A DNA stretch of 64,000 nt, from NCBI GenBank assembly GCA_030704615.1, contig CM060732.1, positions 69,254,001-69,318,000 on the forward strand. The letters run 5' to 3'. Made by a program: the position numbers and the translations under genes. Of the stretch, positions 39,101-51,900 are shown piece by piece. Position 1 is the stretch's first letter, and every line of letters starts with the position of its first letter. Below the pieces are notes generated by a model. It was not told the origin of the DNA, did no database searches, and saw nothing but the letters and a program-made list of their open reading frames with translations. The DNA comes from Takakia lepidozioides. Its lineage: Eukaryota; Plantae; Bryophyta.

Positions 39101-41245
39101 TGTGTAAAACTGTGTTAATCAAAGAACGGAAGGAAGTGTGTTCGTCTGTTCCCTCAATGTCTTTGCTTTTCCGTTTGTCGTCTCAGCACTCCAACGACCT
39201 CAAGATGGTAACTTAATCTAAATTGTTTTCTAGCTTTCAGCCCAGGATCAGACTCCACCTATAGAAAATTGATAGAAACAGACATAAGTTCTTTTACCCT
39301 TAGAATTTGTGGCTCGGAAATCTGGTCGGCTTTTGACATTAGTTTCAGCCTCTCATTTTACAATAATAGGGTCATGAATGCAAGCGTGCGAGAAGGACGG
39401 TGGGCCCGTTGTCCGGACGAGGGGCGCCCCCCCACCCGCCGCTACCCGCGGTCACCCACTGCTGCCGCGGCTGCCCCTCCCGGGGTCCGTCCACCGGCCG
39501 CTCCGCTGTGGCCTATCCGCTGGGGCGGGTCCACTGGGGCTAGTCCGCTGCGGCAGGCCCGCTCCCGGTAGTCCGCCCGCCCGCAAGATCTAGGCCGTCC
39601 AGGATTAATCCCATCGCAGCCCTCCAATTTAGGGCCTTATCTCGCCATTGCCATCAGGATGTCGCTCTTTGTTGTACGAAACTGCGGTGCGTGCGGGCGG
39701 TAGTCGTTGCCTGGCACAGTGTTCGTGTCTTTGAGTTTTCGTGACATTTTGTGATGATGTGGAAGGGCAGGAGATGAGTCGGAGCCCTACAGCCACCATC
39801 GTGCATATGCTTCCACTATTTTCGTCATTTTTTTGTTGCTGCTGGGGCCGTTTTTGTGATTTCATTATACATGTAATGCGTTTTACCCACTTGGTTTGGC
39901 CTCTGTCCGGTCATCGCAAAATGGCCAATGTGTTGTTAGGGTTTATTCCACTGGGTGGACCGATTACAAGCCTGCCTAAAGACGACCTTAGTTTACATTT
40001 GGGATATGGTGTCGTTCAATTTTATAATTATTCATGTTGAGGTAGCCGCATCCGTCCGTCAGATCACCTCCTCAGTCTGGAACGGTAACCCATGGGCAAG
40101 ATGATAGCGAAAATTGCCAAAGCATATGCACATGAGGGCGTGTAAAAACATTGCAGATCCCATATCCAGCCATGAATTGTTATGTGTGTCTTGGGCAGAG
40201 TTATCGTCAGTCTGTCAATTGTGTCTGTTGGGCTGTGTTAGCCTCAGACTCCTGAACTATCTCACATCTACAGTATGGGTCTCCCTGTAAAAAAGTCGGG
40301 TTCGACAGCAAATACTTGTTGGCCTGGATATCCATATGTATGTTGCTTCATGTGTCTTGCTTCGTTGGTCTGGTAATCGGAACCTCTTCGGGAGGCTGTG
40401 TCCTCACATCGGTCTGGAATATGTTCGCGAGTCTGTTGCGATGTTAGTCTGTCTTGACAATGGTCTTGCGGCGTTTGTGTACGCTGGTCTGTTGTGAGAA
40501 ACTGTGAAACCATGGTGCCGCGTCGAAAATTTGGCTGTATACCCTGCCGTCTGCCAGTCTGTTGTCCTGCCAGTCTTTTCAGCTAGTCTGTTGTCTCTGT
40601 TGCACCGTCAGTCTAGTCTGCCTGCAGCTTGTTACAAAGGGCGACGGAACAATGACCATGTTGACCTGCCAGTCTATTGACCTGCCAGTTTGTCTGTTTT
40701 GTATAATCTGTTTCGTCGTCAGCCTGTTGTAGTCGGGTGGACCAGCTTACTGGATTACGTGTTGGTCTGCTCAAATCGCTCTGCTGATTCTAGTCTGCTG
40801 GACTTTGTCTGCTATTCACTCGATCTGCTGTGCACTGGGTAGACCTAGTAAATGCAGCGGCGTCAATCATGGCGTGCCACGTCGTGCCGTTGGTGTACTG
40901 CATTTTCGCTCTCGGGTCAGCTTGAACTTCAACTTCGTCTTCCCGCCGGTGCTGTGGTCTGTTTTTATGTCAACATCTCTCTTTCTTGCGCAGACTTCTT
41001 TCTGCGCGCAGATTTGGAGAGTCATCTTAGACCCCAACAGTTGCCAAGACCGTTGCTCCCATAGCCCGTTGCGTTCCTCGTCTTCTGCTGTGTACTTGTC
41101 GTTTTGGTTTTGGCTTCTCTGTCTATCCTCGTATATAGTGTTCGTTCTCGCCGGTTCTCGCACTTTCTGTTTTCCTCCATTCTTTGCACTTCTCCCTTTT
41201 TGTTGGGCCCTCTACCTTTCTCTGTTGTGTTGTGTTGTATAGGCG

Positions 41246-43952
41246 ATGGAGGAAGCCTGCGTGGAGGGCGGACCCGACTAGATTGACTTTGTGCACGTCA
41301 CGCGTTTGAAGAAGCTGCGAAGATATTGGTACTCACCAAAGGAGTACGATCGCAAAATAGTGGAAGCATGTATTGATCTCCATGTAGCCAAGGAGGAGAA
41401 CCCAGAATGGAAGAAGGATAGGCTCAGGTGTCCTTTATGTGAGGAAGCCATAAAGGATAAAATCCAGTTGAACCACCATTGTGTGGACATAGGTTGCAAG
41501 GGTACCATTCCACCGAATTTCAAGCCGTGGCCCATACCGGTATCGCACAAAGCTAAAGATGAGGTTGTTTTCAATAGCCGCGGCGCAAACCCAATTCCAC
41601 GAAGTACAGAGGAATTGCGCCAACGGTACTGGCGGGCTGCTGGAAGGATGCAACTGTGCAGCCTGGAGGAAGTGTCTGTGCCTCCCCGCAAGTGAAAACT
41701 CAGTGATGGGGCAAAAAAAAAAGCGGGAGCGAAAGCGGCAAGGTCTGCTCGCGATGCAAACCTGTCAGTCCTGCAGGGGGGTCCGTCCGAAGCGCGTAAG
41801 GCAAGCTCTGCTTGGGATGCAAGCATTGCGGGCCTACATGGGAATCCGCTCGATGCGCGCCAGACCAGAAAGTCCCGGCAGACTATACCCACCAGTTCCT
41901 CCAGTGAGTCTGAGTCTGCCGATGTTCTGCCCCGCCGGTCTGCCGAGCGTACCGACAACATCATCCGAAATAATGACTTCGAAGGGCAAGGTCCACTGTC
42001 CAGTGCAATGGATATTGCCTTATCTGAGAGGACAAACTTGGACATGCTCATAGACAGCCTCGACGACAACACCTCTCTTGCCCACACCGCCCAGGAGACC
42101 CAGCAGCCTGGTCTGCGGTTTGGGCAGACCGAAGATATGGGACCTGAAAAGACCACCCACAAGTCTGCTGGTCCAGCCTGCCCGGGAACATTGCACCTAC
42201 TTTGGTTTGGCGTCCTCCCACCGGTCTGCCCACCCCAAGATGATCCGCAGTTCTTCCCCTTTTTCTTCAGATATGTGCAGACAGGACGGATAACATCAAG
42301 TATTCGGGAAGCCAAAGAAAAGTGGTTGAATGCCATGCGTGATGGCGATGCGGGCAACATACTTGATGAGGTAATGCTATCAAACCATTCCTACAATTTT
42401 CTGCATTTTTTTTAGACTACTGTCAATCAGTCTGCTAAACTTCAGCAGACTATGCACGTCCATAGTTCGGTCTCTTAGTTATTCTGCCCCAGTCTCTGGA
42501 GTCTGCTAAAGGAAGTCGTCTGCTCATTGCCATGGTCTGCTGAGTGTTGTGGTCTGCTGAGAGATCTTAGAGCTCCGAATGCCCAATGGATCATGTGTGT
42601 TTTGCTGCACAGCAGCCAGCTCCCGTATGAACCGACTTGTGGTTAAGCCGACATACCTATTTCTTGTGTTGTCGCGTAGTCTGCCCATCTGTGGAAGACT
42701 TCAGCAGACTGCATACGTCCATAATTAGGTCTTCTGAATGTTTTTATCTGCTGAAGTCCAGATTGTCTGCTAAGGTATGAGTGTCTGCTAAATATCATGG
42801 TCTGTTGGTATTGTGGGCTGCTGATGGTCTATTGATTGTCTACTGAGTGTTATTAAATTCAGTCAGTCGAATGGATCTGGTCTGTCCGATGAAGTTCATT
42901 TGCCTTTTGCTGCACAACACACTGCTCAGTCTATTCGCAAAGCCATATCAACTTGGCGGACGCCACGTCAGAAACCTCCTTTGCAAGTGCGTGAGGTGCG
43001 GCTTGAAGTGCAGTGGGTTCGCGAGTACATGATGAAATAGCCCGGATCAGCAGCCGCCATAAACAAACTTGACACGGAGTTGGCAGGTCCCCTCCAGCAG
43101 ACCGCTGACTTCATCACTCCTCAGGAGACCACAGCAGACCACAACATACCTCAAGAGACCCTAGCAGACCTCATCACACCAAACCACAGTGAAGCACACG
43201 CCAGCAATCATGAACAGAACTCCTCGCACCTGGGCAGATCGAAGCACGCCTCAGCAGACCTCATACCTGAGACTGGGCCAATTGGACACGGTGAAGACTA
43301 TGCCCATTTCCCCTCCACTGTGGGCATTTTTGGGGTGTGGAGATCGCCGTTACCGGTGGCGCCGAAGAACGCAGAGGATCCTACACTTCCCCGCTTCAGG
43401 ATTGGTGACACAAGTGCCCATCTAGACTGGTACAGTGACGTGCACAACATTGTAACGGGCCGGAGGTGGCCCTTTGTCCCTTATCTCTATTCCATGGAGT
43501 ATACTACGGAAGAAGCCAACCATGTTCTGGAGCAAGCAGGGAAAGTTGTTGTTTCTTCTTTGAGTGAAGGAAATGAACCGCCGCTCTTTTTTCAGCTCCT
43601 CCTTATAGATGACCCTCGCCCGGAGGAGGTGCGGCATATGGCTATGGCACACCCAACGTTCGGTGTCTGCAAGAAGCACTGTCCGCAGTGAGTGCGGTCC
43701 ACTTCGACCGGATGGCATCATCGTTCCTGCAGCATCGGTGGATGCAATTTGGAAATTTCACATCATACAAGAAGTTGCTGAAGGACTTGCCCACTCTTCG
43801 GCAAGACTTCCTACATGGATCACAGGAAGGAGAGTCTGTTACAGATGGATCACAAGCACGAGAGTCTATTGTAGATGAGGCTATGTTGTGGTTCTCGTAT
43901 GTAATGGAGCGTGTTGTGTTTGACATTGTCTTGCTCAAACCAACAACGCAAT
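41246..43952 (+). pseudogene. element-borne zinc-finger gene A, 5' part (interrupted by nested element)
   Basis: RCPLCEEAIKDKIQLNHHCVDIGC finger and PACPGTLHLLWFGVLPP..DDPQF motif. Further exons lie at 43080-43952, and the frame rejoins at 55531. Confidence 0.6.
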
Positions 43953-44559
43953 GGCGTGAGCGTTGCGCATGAGCGCGCGAGCGTACGCTCACGCCATCTG
44001 ACGTGGCGTGAGCCTGCGCACACGCTCACGTGGCGTGAGCGTCATGTCAGCATGCTGATGTGGCGGTAAATGATGACGTGGCACTGTCCGTCATCTGCCA
44101 CGTCATCGTTAACATGCGCCGCCTATAACCGTGGATGGTCCTATGACCGTGGAATTGATGCAGGGAATCTTGCCTAAATAGAATCAAGACGAGCGTTGAG
44201 GCCTACAATTACAGCATCCAACATTGTGCAATTACAAATGCTTGTTTCACTTTTACAATTAGGAGGACGACAAAATATCCTCACAAAGTGTGCGCCATAA
44301 AGGCTGCCACGGGAAGACCTTCCTCCCTCCTCAAATAACAATGAGAGTTAGGATCATCTTCAAAAGATGATTGTAGTGCATAGCGACAGCAAGACATGTA
44401 GACTTCGAACGGTGCAATGACAAATGTGCACTACCTAAAAGTTGTCACTCAGAGCTCACTCCGTATAGTTGGAGGCCATATCATTGCACAGCCAACGAAT
44501 TGATGTGAATTACACATTTCAAATCATGGTCATCCACATACCACATTACATAGTTCATG

Positions 44560-47500
44560 CTACCCATGTGTTGTATCCCGCTGCAAAAGAGTATCGACCT
44601 CGTTGAAACTCATAGTGGCCTGGTGAATGAAGTTGTCACGTTTGGGATCGCAAACCATCCTCCTCAAAAATATCAAATACAAATGTTTGCAGGGTATGAA
44701 TTTACCTCTCTTGCCCAAACTGGTTGATAGCATATTCACAAAATCAGGACATGTGCAATTGGGGAAATTGGAAACCGTGATGTCGTAGGTCCTGTCATGA
44801 ACAGCAGATGTGGAAGTGATGATTGTGAATACCCGACCATATCCTGGATCGGGTACTTCCGTGGTGCTTCCAACACGAGCTTGGAGCATTCTTGCGGACT
44901 CCACTTTGCCAAAGTGTTCAGCGGTTGGAGGGAAACGCCGAACGAGCTTTCCATCTCGTTTGGTTGGCCACAAGTCAGGATTTGCCAGGGGGACCCGGGA
45001 GGACGCAGAAGTAGTAGCACATGCATGGAGTTGGGGTTGTCTCGCAAGGGAAAAACCTGCCTCCTCCAGCATTTCAATCTCCTGAAAGCTGAGATGTGTT
45101 CCCACCTTCACGGGCCAAACGGTTGGAGGAGATGGCTTCATCACTACGGAAGGACGCACAGTTCCATGCACACATCTGGCACAATCATCTGCGCAGAACC
45201 AGAACTTGTGGTTCTTGGGTTCTGGTTGACCATATGGACGCATCAAGCCCGTGAAAGTCGGAGAAGGAATTCGGGCACCACCTCTGGATATAGATGAAGT
45301 GCACTTCTCGAAATTAGTTGCCCTGATCGTTGTACATTTCACACGAGACCCTACACTTGTGCGTTCTATGTGCCAAACGTGGTCGGGGCATGCGGACTCA
45401 AGCACATCAAGGGGGTTGTTTCTCTCCTGCACCATTTCATTGGCACTGTTTGATGCTGGAGCTTGCCGTCGTGTTGGAGGTTCCTCCACAATGGAGGTTC
45501 CGGACATGGAGCTGTCATGCATGGGAACACGAGGCTTCGAGAAGTTATCACGGTCTGCCCTGTGGGAATCTGAATCCGAACCAGGTGGAGTGTTCAATTT
45601 CCTCTTACAGGAGCCGAATCTCTCCTCCCCTTCAAGATGTGGAACTCTAGAAACAAGTGGCGTTCCCTGGGCATACATGCTCACCGCCCGTGCTATCTTG
45701 ATTGGATCCCCAGATCTGTTTGCAGCACGCAACATCAACTCCCATTTGTCCGGACCCTTGCCACCAACCCCACCTCGTAAGAAATCACGATATCGGGTTT
45801 GTTGTTGCAAGGCACGTATCAAATCATCTGTTGTTGCCACATACAAATCCCGACCTCGTTTCCCAGACTGTTGCAACCATGCGTTGTGCACAGTTTCTGC
45901 CAAATTGCAAGATGGCATGTCCGCCATTTCCTCAATGGACATGTTCTGCAAAGAGGATAACCACACTTCAGAAGAGTGCACAGGAAACAACATAAAGAAA
46001 GCAATGAGTCAAAAATATGGAAAGCAAATGTATGAATAAAGCATGAAATAGAAGCCTCGTACCATTGTCATGGCTGCTCCCCACTGTCTATACCGGAAGT
46101 GCCAAAACGCCAGCCAATCTTCCAATGCTCTCATACTCTCAAGTGATGCAGCTCCAGAAGAGAACCACCAGGCACGAATTGTCTGGAACAAAGTGTCCGC
46201 CTCTTCATTGTTCTAGCATCTTTGTACTCTTTGCACAATTTACGGTGCTGAGTCTGCATCTCTGGTTTGATGTCCGACTTTGTATGTTTTTCCAGAGATT
46301 GTGTCCAATGGAATAGACATGTACGCTCTCTTCCTGACATAGGCACTTTTGGGTCGCCCGATCCGAAGACAATACGAACAGCATTGAAATTTGCTTGAGC
46401 ACTATCCGCCATAAAACCTGCGAAATTTGGAGATGGCAGCCCATGGCAGCCCATGACACGTATCAGGGAATTCCACATGAGCTTCTGGGATTCCGTATCC
46501 TCGGATTGCATGTCACAAACTGCAATTGTCATAACTCGTTGGTACACTGGATCGTAGACATGACAAGCCATTGTCGTCCAATCCTTCACTCGTTTCACAT
46601 GATCAAACATAAGAAAACAGTTCTGCAAGTCCCCAGTCTTCTGCATCCGCTTCACGAGGCTAACCCCACTGCCCTCCCCAACAGTCGACATTTTGAAAAG
46701 AAAAACTTTGATGGCACCTTGACCTGGGAATACATTGTCCTGGATGTAATCGTACTTGCTCACTCGTTTCAATTCCAAAATATTGTCTATGTAGCCTCTG
46801 ATCCCAGAGCCCATTCTCAATGCATTGATCTGATGCCGAATGTTAGGTGAACTTAAAGTGGAGAAATGATCCATGACCAGGTCCAATGCTGCACCGTCAA
46901 GTTTAGTCCCCACAGAATCCCCTTCACTCAAAATATGGCTTTCCAAGAAGGACTTGCTTGCGCCAAGAGCAATTGCAGATGTTGTTGCGGATGGGTTTCT
47001 CCCGAACTCCTGTTTAATCAACCTCGATACTGTCTCACTCTCCCTGTAATCCCCTTTCGAGACAGGATGGTTATGGAATCCGAAATGCACACAAGCTCTT
47101 GTCATTGTTTTCAAACGGTGGACAACATAGTACATTCTTGCTCCGCAGAGCGCCAAGCAGGATGGCACAAGTTTGCAGAATTTGCAGACGAAAGTGTTTG
47201 CCGGTGGAGGGGCAGTCCCAGCTGAAATGGATTTTCCGCCAGACCCTCCCATTCGCTTTGATTATGAACCCCAGACTGAAGAAAGTGTCTGCAATTCAAA
47301 TTATCACACCTAAGGTGTCCATTGCAAACTGTCCTCCTGAAAACAAGCTTGTCATCATTCTGAATATTGGATGTTTTTGTTCTGCACCACGGGTGCCCGT
47401 CGTGTTTCTTGTCCATTCCATGCATCATGATTGTTACACCTCCAACTCGCGGAGGAAGGCAGCTCGAATAGGATATCGCCATCAAAAGTCTCCGGCAAGA

Positions 47501-48068
47501 ACTTCACAGGCACCTGCTTCAAAGATTCCCAATCAATTCCCCGCAACTCACTTTTGAATCCAGCCATTCCTCCCATCGCCCGCAATTTTGGAATGACACT
47601 ACAAATCTCTTCTTCATCAGCTTCTCCAACCACAGTAGGAAGGACTGGATTTGGAATTTCACTTATGTCATCATCGGAAGAATCCGAAAGCTCAACGATT
47701 GGAGTGGAGGACGTCTGTTCTTTTTTCACCACCACCTCCCTCTTGTCTTCAACGACCGAAGCAGCAGTCCCGGGCGTCACATATGACCCAAGGGACTTTC
47801 GCCGAGGCTCTCCAAGTACTCTGTATCGACCAGGACGCACTCTCCACTGGCTGATATGAGCCGTCTCATCACGGTTTTGGAAAGAGTATTTCAACAACTT
47901 CCCTTTAAGATCGTACACCTCTTTCTCCAAAAAGATGGAGCCATTCTGCAGCTGAAAACGGGTAGCCAAGACATGTTCCAGAACAATTGCAAATCCATTG
48001 TCAAGGACTTCCTGGGAGAACGGCACTGGTTTGTCGTCAGAGAAGAACTCCGCTTCAGAGGAAGCCAT
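44560..48068 (-). CDS. MULE-related DDE transposase with GCM/WRKY-like Zn domain and C-terminal SWIM (frameshifted, intron 45946-46062)
   Basis: DGHPW...CNGHLRCDNLNC, CKFC...C...HFGFHNHP, FLMFDHVKR (D1), FMADSAQA (D2), CLFHW (CxxH), NLAETVH (E) and CTCPDF...CKH (SWIM). Confidence 0.85.
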
Positions 48069-48923
48069 CTTCCTTCCTCGCGTACGTTTGTACCTTGCTA
48101 TCGCAGATCTAGTGTAAATCGGTTTACTGATGTCTCCAGAACACAGTTGAAGAATGAGCAGAGAATATGGCGGAGGAAGCTCAGACAACGACTGTGCATA
48201 TTATGTTATTCTTTCCAGATATGCAGCCGTCCATTTTAATTACTTTTCTTGTGGGCCCAGTGGTCAGAGTATCCCTAGGAGCAGTGTCGGCAGCTGTTAA
48301 ACCGTTAACCAGAACCTCATCAATAAACCCAATAACAAAGCCGACTTCCTGGAAGCATGCCACAGGATCTGAGGATGGGATTGCAGATTAAGTAAATGTA
48401 TCTTTATACTACTACCAATGATCATGCGCACCTGGAAAGTTCCAAATGTGAAACGAATGTGGGGTTTGGCTAACAAGGATGACCGTGTATGATATTCCAA
48501 GATTTGTCATCAAACTCTCGTTCATTTACATTTATTTGTGTAAGACTGTGCGCCAAGATTTCTGGGATTCGCTGTTATTTTTAAATATTGAAACCGTTCT
48601 AATAAAAACACGCCGTTTTTTTTGGGCGACACACGTCAGACATCCATAACTGAATACGAACAGCTGTACACCAATTGCTGGCATGTGCACTAATAAGGGA
48701 ACGACTATGTGTAACGGTCACGCGAGAGGGAATCCGATGCTTCTAGAGACACGCAAGAACGCAGGCAATCCCGCAAGAAATCGGGAGTCACTGCGTTTTT
48801 CTACTTTTCGCGCTTAGAGAGAGAGTGGTAGTCAAGCTGGAGAGGGTTCCTTCTACAATACGAAAGAGAAGAAAGTCTCTTTATTTTACTTCCCTTAGAG
48901 AGAGACGCAGAGCAAGAGAGCAA

Positions 48924-51900
48924 ATGACGAGGCGTCGTTTGTTGGAGAACACAGGGCCAAGGCAGCAGGTGAACGCGGAGACTGATTCAGAAGAGCAGAC
49001 GGAGACTGAGGCAGCGGCTGTGACACAGTCGGCGATAAGAGTGCGCCAGCCTGTGGAGGCAGAGATGATTCGCAGGGACACTGAAGGAGGTGGAAGCACG
49101 CGGAACGCCGAACCGGGAGAAGGTCCAGAAACCCTAGAGCAGACAGAAATTCCAGCAGATGTGAGAGGGAAGAGGAAAGCTGCAGAAGGGGATCCAATTT
49201 CAAAACCTAAGAAGGCGCCAGTAAGTTTTATCTAACTTACATTTCATTGTTGAAGATATGCGTAGAGATTGAGTGGAATGTCCCAGACAGGGATTGTCGC
49301 TACCGACCAACACAAAGGTGATTTGCTTTCTACTCCTCTGCTAAGGGTTTACCACACAATGAGTGGGTGACTATCGGTACAGTCATTCACTGTTGTTCAG
49401 ATCATACAGTTTGTCTGATTGCCTTTCAAGGAGTCCTTCCTCTTCCCTTCTTTAGCAGGAACTACTGAATTGCGAGCGTCGTTAACGCCATTCGATTCTC
49501 CTCATGAGATTTATGTACCTATGTGTTTGAAGAGAGAGTGAGGGTCGGCATACCGTCAATCATCGTTGTTCAGACCATACAGTCTGTCTGATTGCCTTTC
49601 AAGCAGTCCTTCCTCTTCCCATGCTGGCGACGGTAATCACAGTGGAGTCAATCTGAATAATCTGCACTTACTGTCCGCCCTAAACTATACTGAATGTCGT
49701 TGCCGCCAATCAGTTGCACATAGATGTCATTACACAACACCGATCCGGCAGGTCCTTATCTTTTGTGATTGTCGTTAACGCCGTTCGCTATCGCTCTCGC
49801 TTTTGTTTTGAATACGGCAGTATCAGCTTTGCTTGTGTAGATTGTGCTGAATTGTTTCACACCATTCATAGTGAGTTTCTTTGAGACAGAGTGATGGTCG
49901 TTACCGCCATTCACTATTTGCAAATTACTCAGTCAGAACTGAATGGCATCGTGCAGAAAACTGTGAGGTCGAAGCCTACAGGATCAGAGGGGAAAGGATC
50001 TGGAGATGGGGACGAGTCCGCAAAAAGCTCAGAGAATACAGATGAAGCAGATGAATCTGAAGTGCACTACCTTGACAAGGTGAAAGAACTCATGTCATTC
50101 CAGAAGGTAAACTCTCAGGAGGTTATAAGGGACATGCTCGTATCTGGAGGGCGTCTGGACATCCCTCTGTGCCGGATGATATCAATGCCTGTTGTGCGTC
50201 CACCTCTTTCCCATGACATAACAAAATTGGAGAGTGATTTTGTGCATGGATATAGACTTGGTGCACAAGTTTTTTATGTGTCACTGACGGATATAAATGG
50301 GAAAAGCACATTAGTGTCTCCAGAGATCAGTGATAACTGGGATGAGTGCTGGAAAGATGCCAATGAGGAGTTCGAGCTGGGCCTCATGATGGGAAAGAAC
50401 ACCCAGCAATTCTGCAACCACATGTTCTACGTCTGGGACGGCAACCACCGATTGCTGGCATGGATGGGATACATTCAGAAACACCATGCGAAAGACAAAG
50501 ACAAGCATGTTGCTGTGGAGGCAATGGTTTTGGATCCTGGAAACGACATCGCTAGGCTTCTTACAGCTATGCACGACGTGAACAAGTAAGTCATCCAAGG
50601 AGATTTCATTCCCTCTGTAGTGTCTTATTAATCCTCAAAAAACAGTGTTAAGGAATGCAATGTTTCCAATGTTTTTGCAGATCGACAGAGAAATCGCATG
50701 TGACAACAAGCTTGGTTCACACACTATTCCGAATTCAGAGGATTGGTCTGATGAAGCTGGATGATTTTCGGACAGTACTACCACCCAATATCATCAAGAA
50801 GTGCGAAACAGGAAGAGCTGCAGGCACTTGGTATTCTTTGACACGAGAGGCGTTTCTGGAGTACATGTATGCGGTAAGCCCGAGTCTGTACTCTGTTTAC
50901 TTTTCGAATACATGTTTGTAGTCCCTTCGGAGCTAATCACTACTTGAATCAATGCAGCAAGAACTGGCAGAGGCAGCTGAGAAGGGAAAATCCGAATATT
51001 ACCGCACTACACCAGAGGAACTAAGGACATCAAAGGGTGTGGAAGCTGCAATAAAGAAGGAGTTTGAAATGCGAAGAACCAAATTGATGTCCGCCTTCGG
51101 AAAGCAGCTTAGAATAGTAGATCCTGGACTTGGTCCTGAGTTCCTTCAGCAGATCAAAACACACTATGACAAGCATGTGCATCCGGAGATGCAGCAGGAG
51201 AAATTGCACCGGCTGGCCATATCGATGGTCGACCCACAAACAAAAATAAGGTGGCTGGAGATATGGAACTCAGATCAAACAGTAAAGGACTTGAATCAGT
51301 TCCCAAAGAGCACCATACAGCCTGGCACAAAGGTGGAAGGAATCAGTGATTTGGTGTTTGATAACTGGCTCCACAAGGCTACATTTTGGAGTCAGGTGTG
51401 TATTCAAACATGCTGTTTTCTTCTCTTCAAGTATGTGATGAGTATCTTATTTGCAATTCTGACAAATATACTATTTGCAGCTCGAAAAGCGCGCCGTCAT
51501 TGTGCTGGATCAGACTTTGAAGGACCTGAACATTTCGATTGTTTCCCCTCCCCAAATGTCATTGGAGGCATACATAAGGAAGTGGAGAGGTCTCACCTGG
51601 AGATACTGTTTTTTCCGGGAGTTCTCCAAAGATGGTAACATTTTACGGTCCAACGACTTTGACAGTCAGGTTGGAGGAGAGTGGGCCATGATGCGAGTTG
51701 TGTACAGGTGCAATGTCATACTTGAAACTCTACTGCTTTTTTTGGGAAAAATGTGGCTTCATAAGGATTGCAATCATAGATCCAGATTGAATGTCGTTGA
51801 CGACATTCACTTCTTTGTCTGAGTCATTCTTAAGCGAGTATATGAATTCACCTGGTTAGGATCTAAGGGTGTAATTATAGTGTCCCTGATTAGAATTGAT

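Noticed and set aside
36181-39640. Short ORFs, a 25-bp direct repeat (about 36768 and 37168) and a GC-rich block at 39380-39620
   Set aside because: They could not be assigned. The GC block may be another element end or an inversion breakpoint, but no partner sequence was found.
41278-42360. 360-aa minus-strand ORF, and similar long ORFs such as 45251-46039 and 58413-58871
   Set aside because: These are antisense shadows of genes on the opposite strand.
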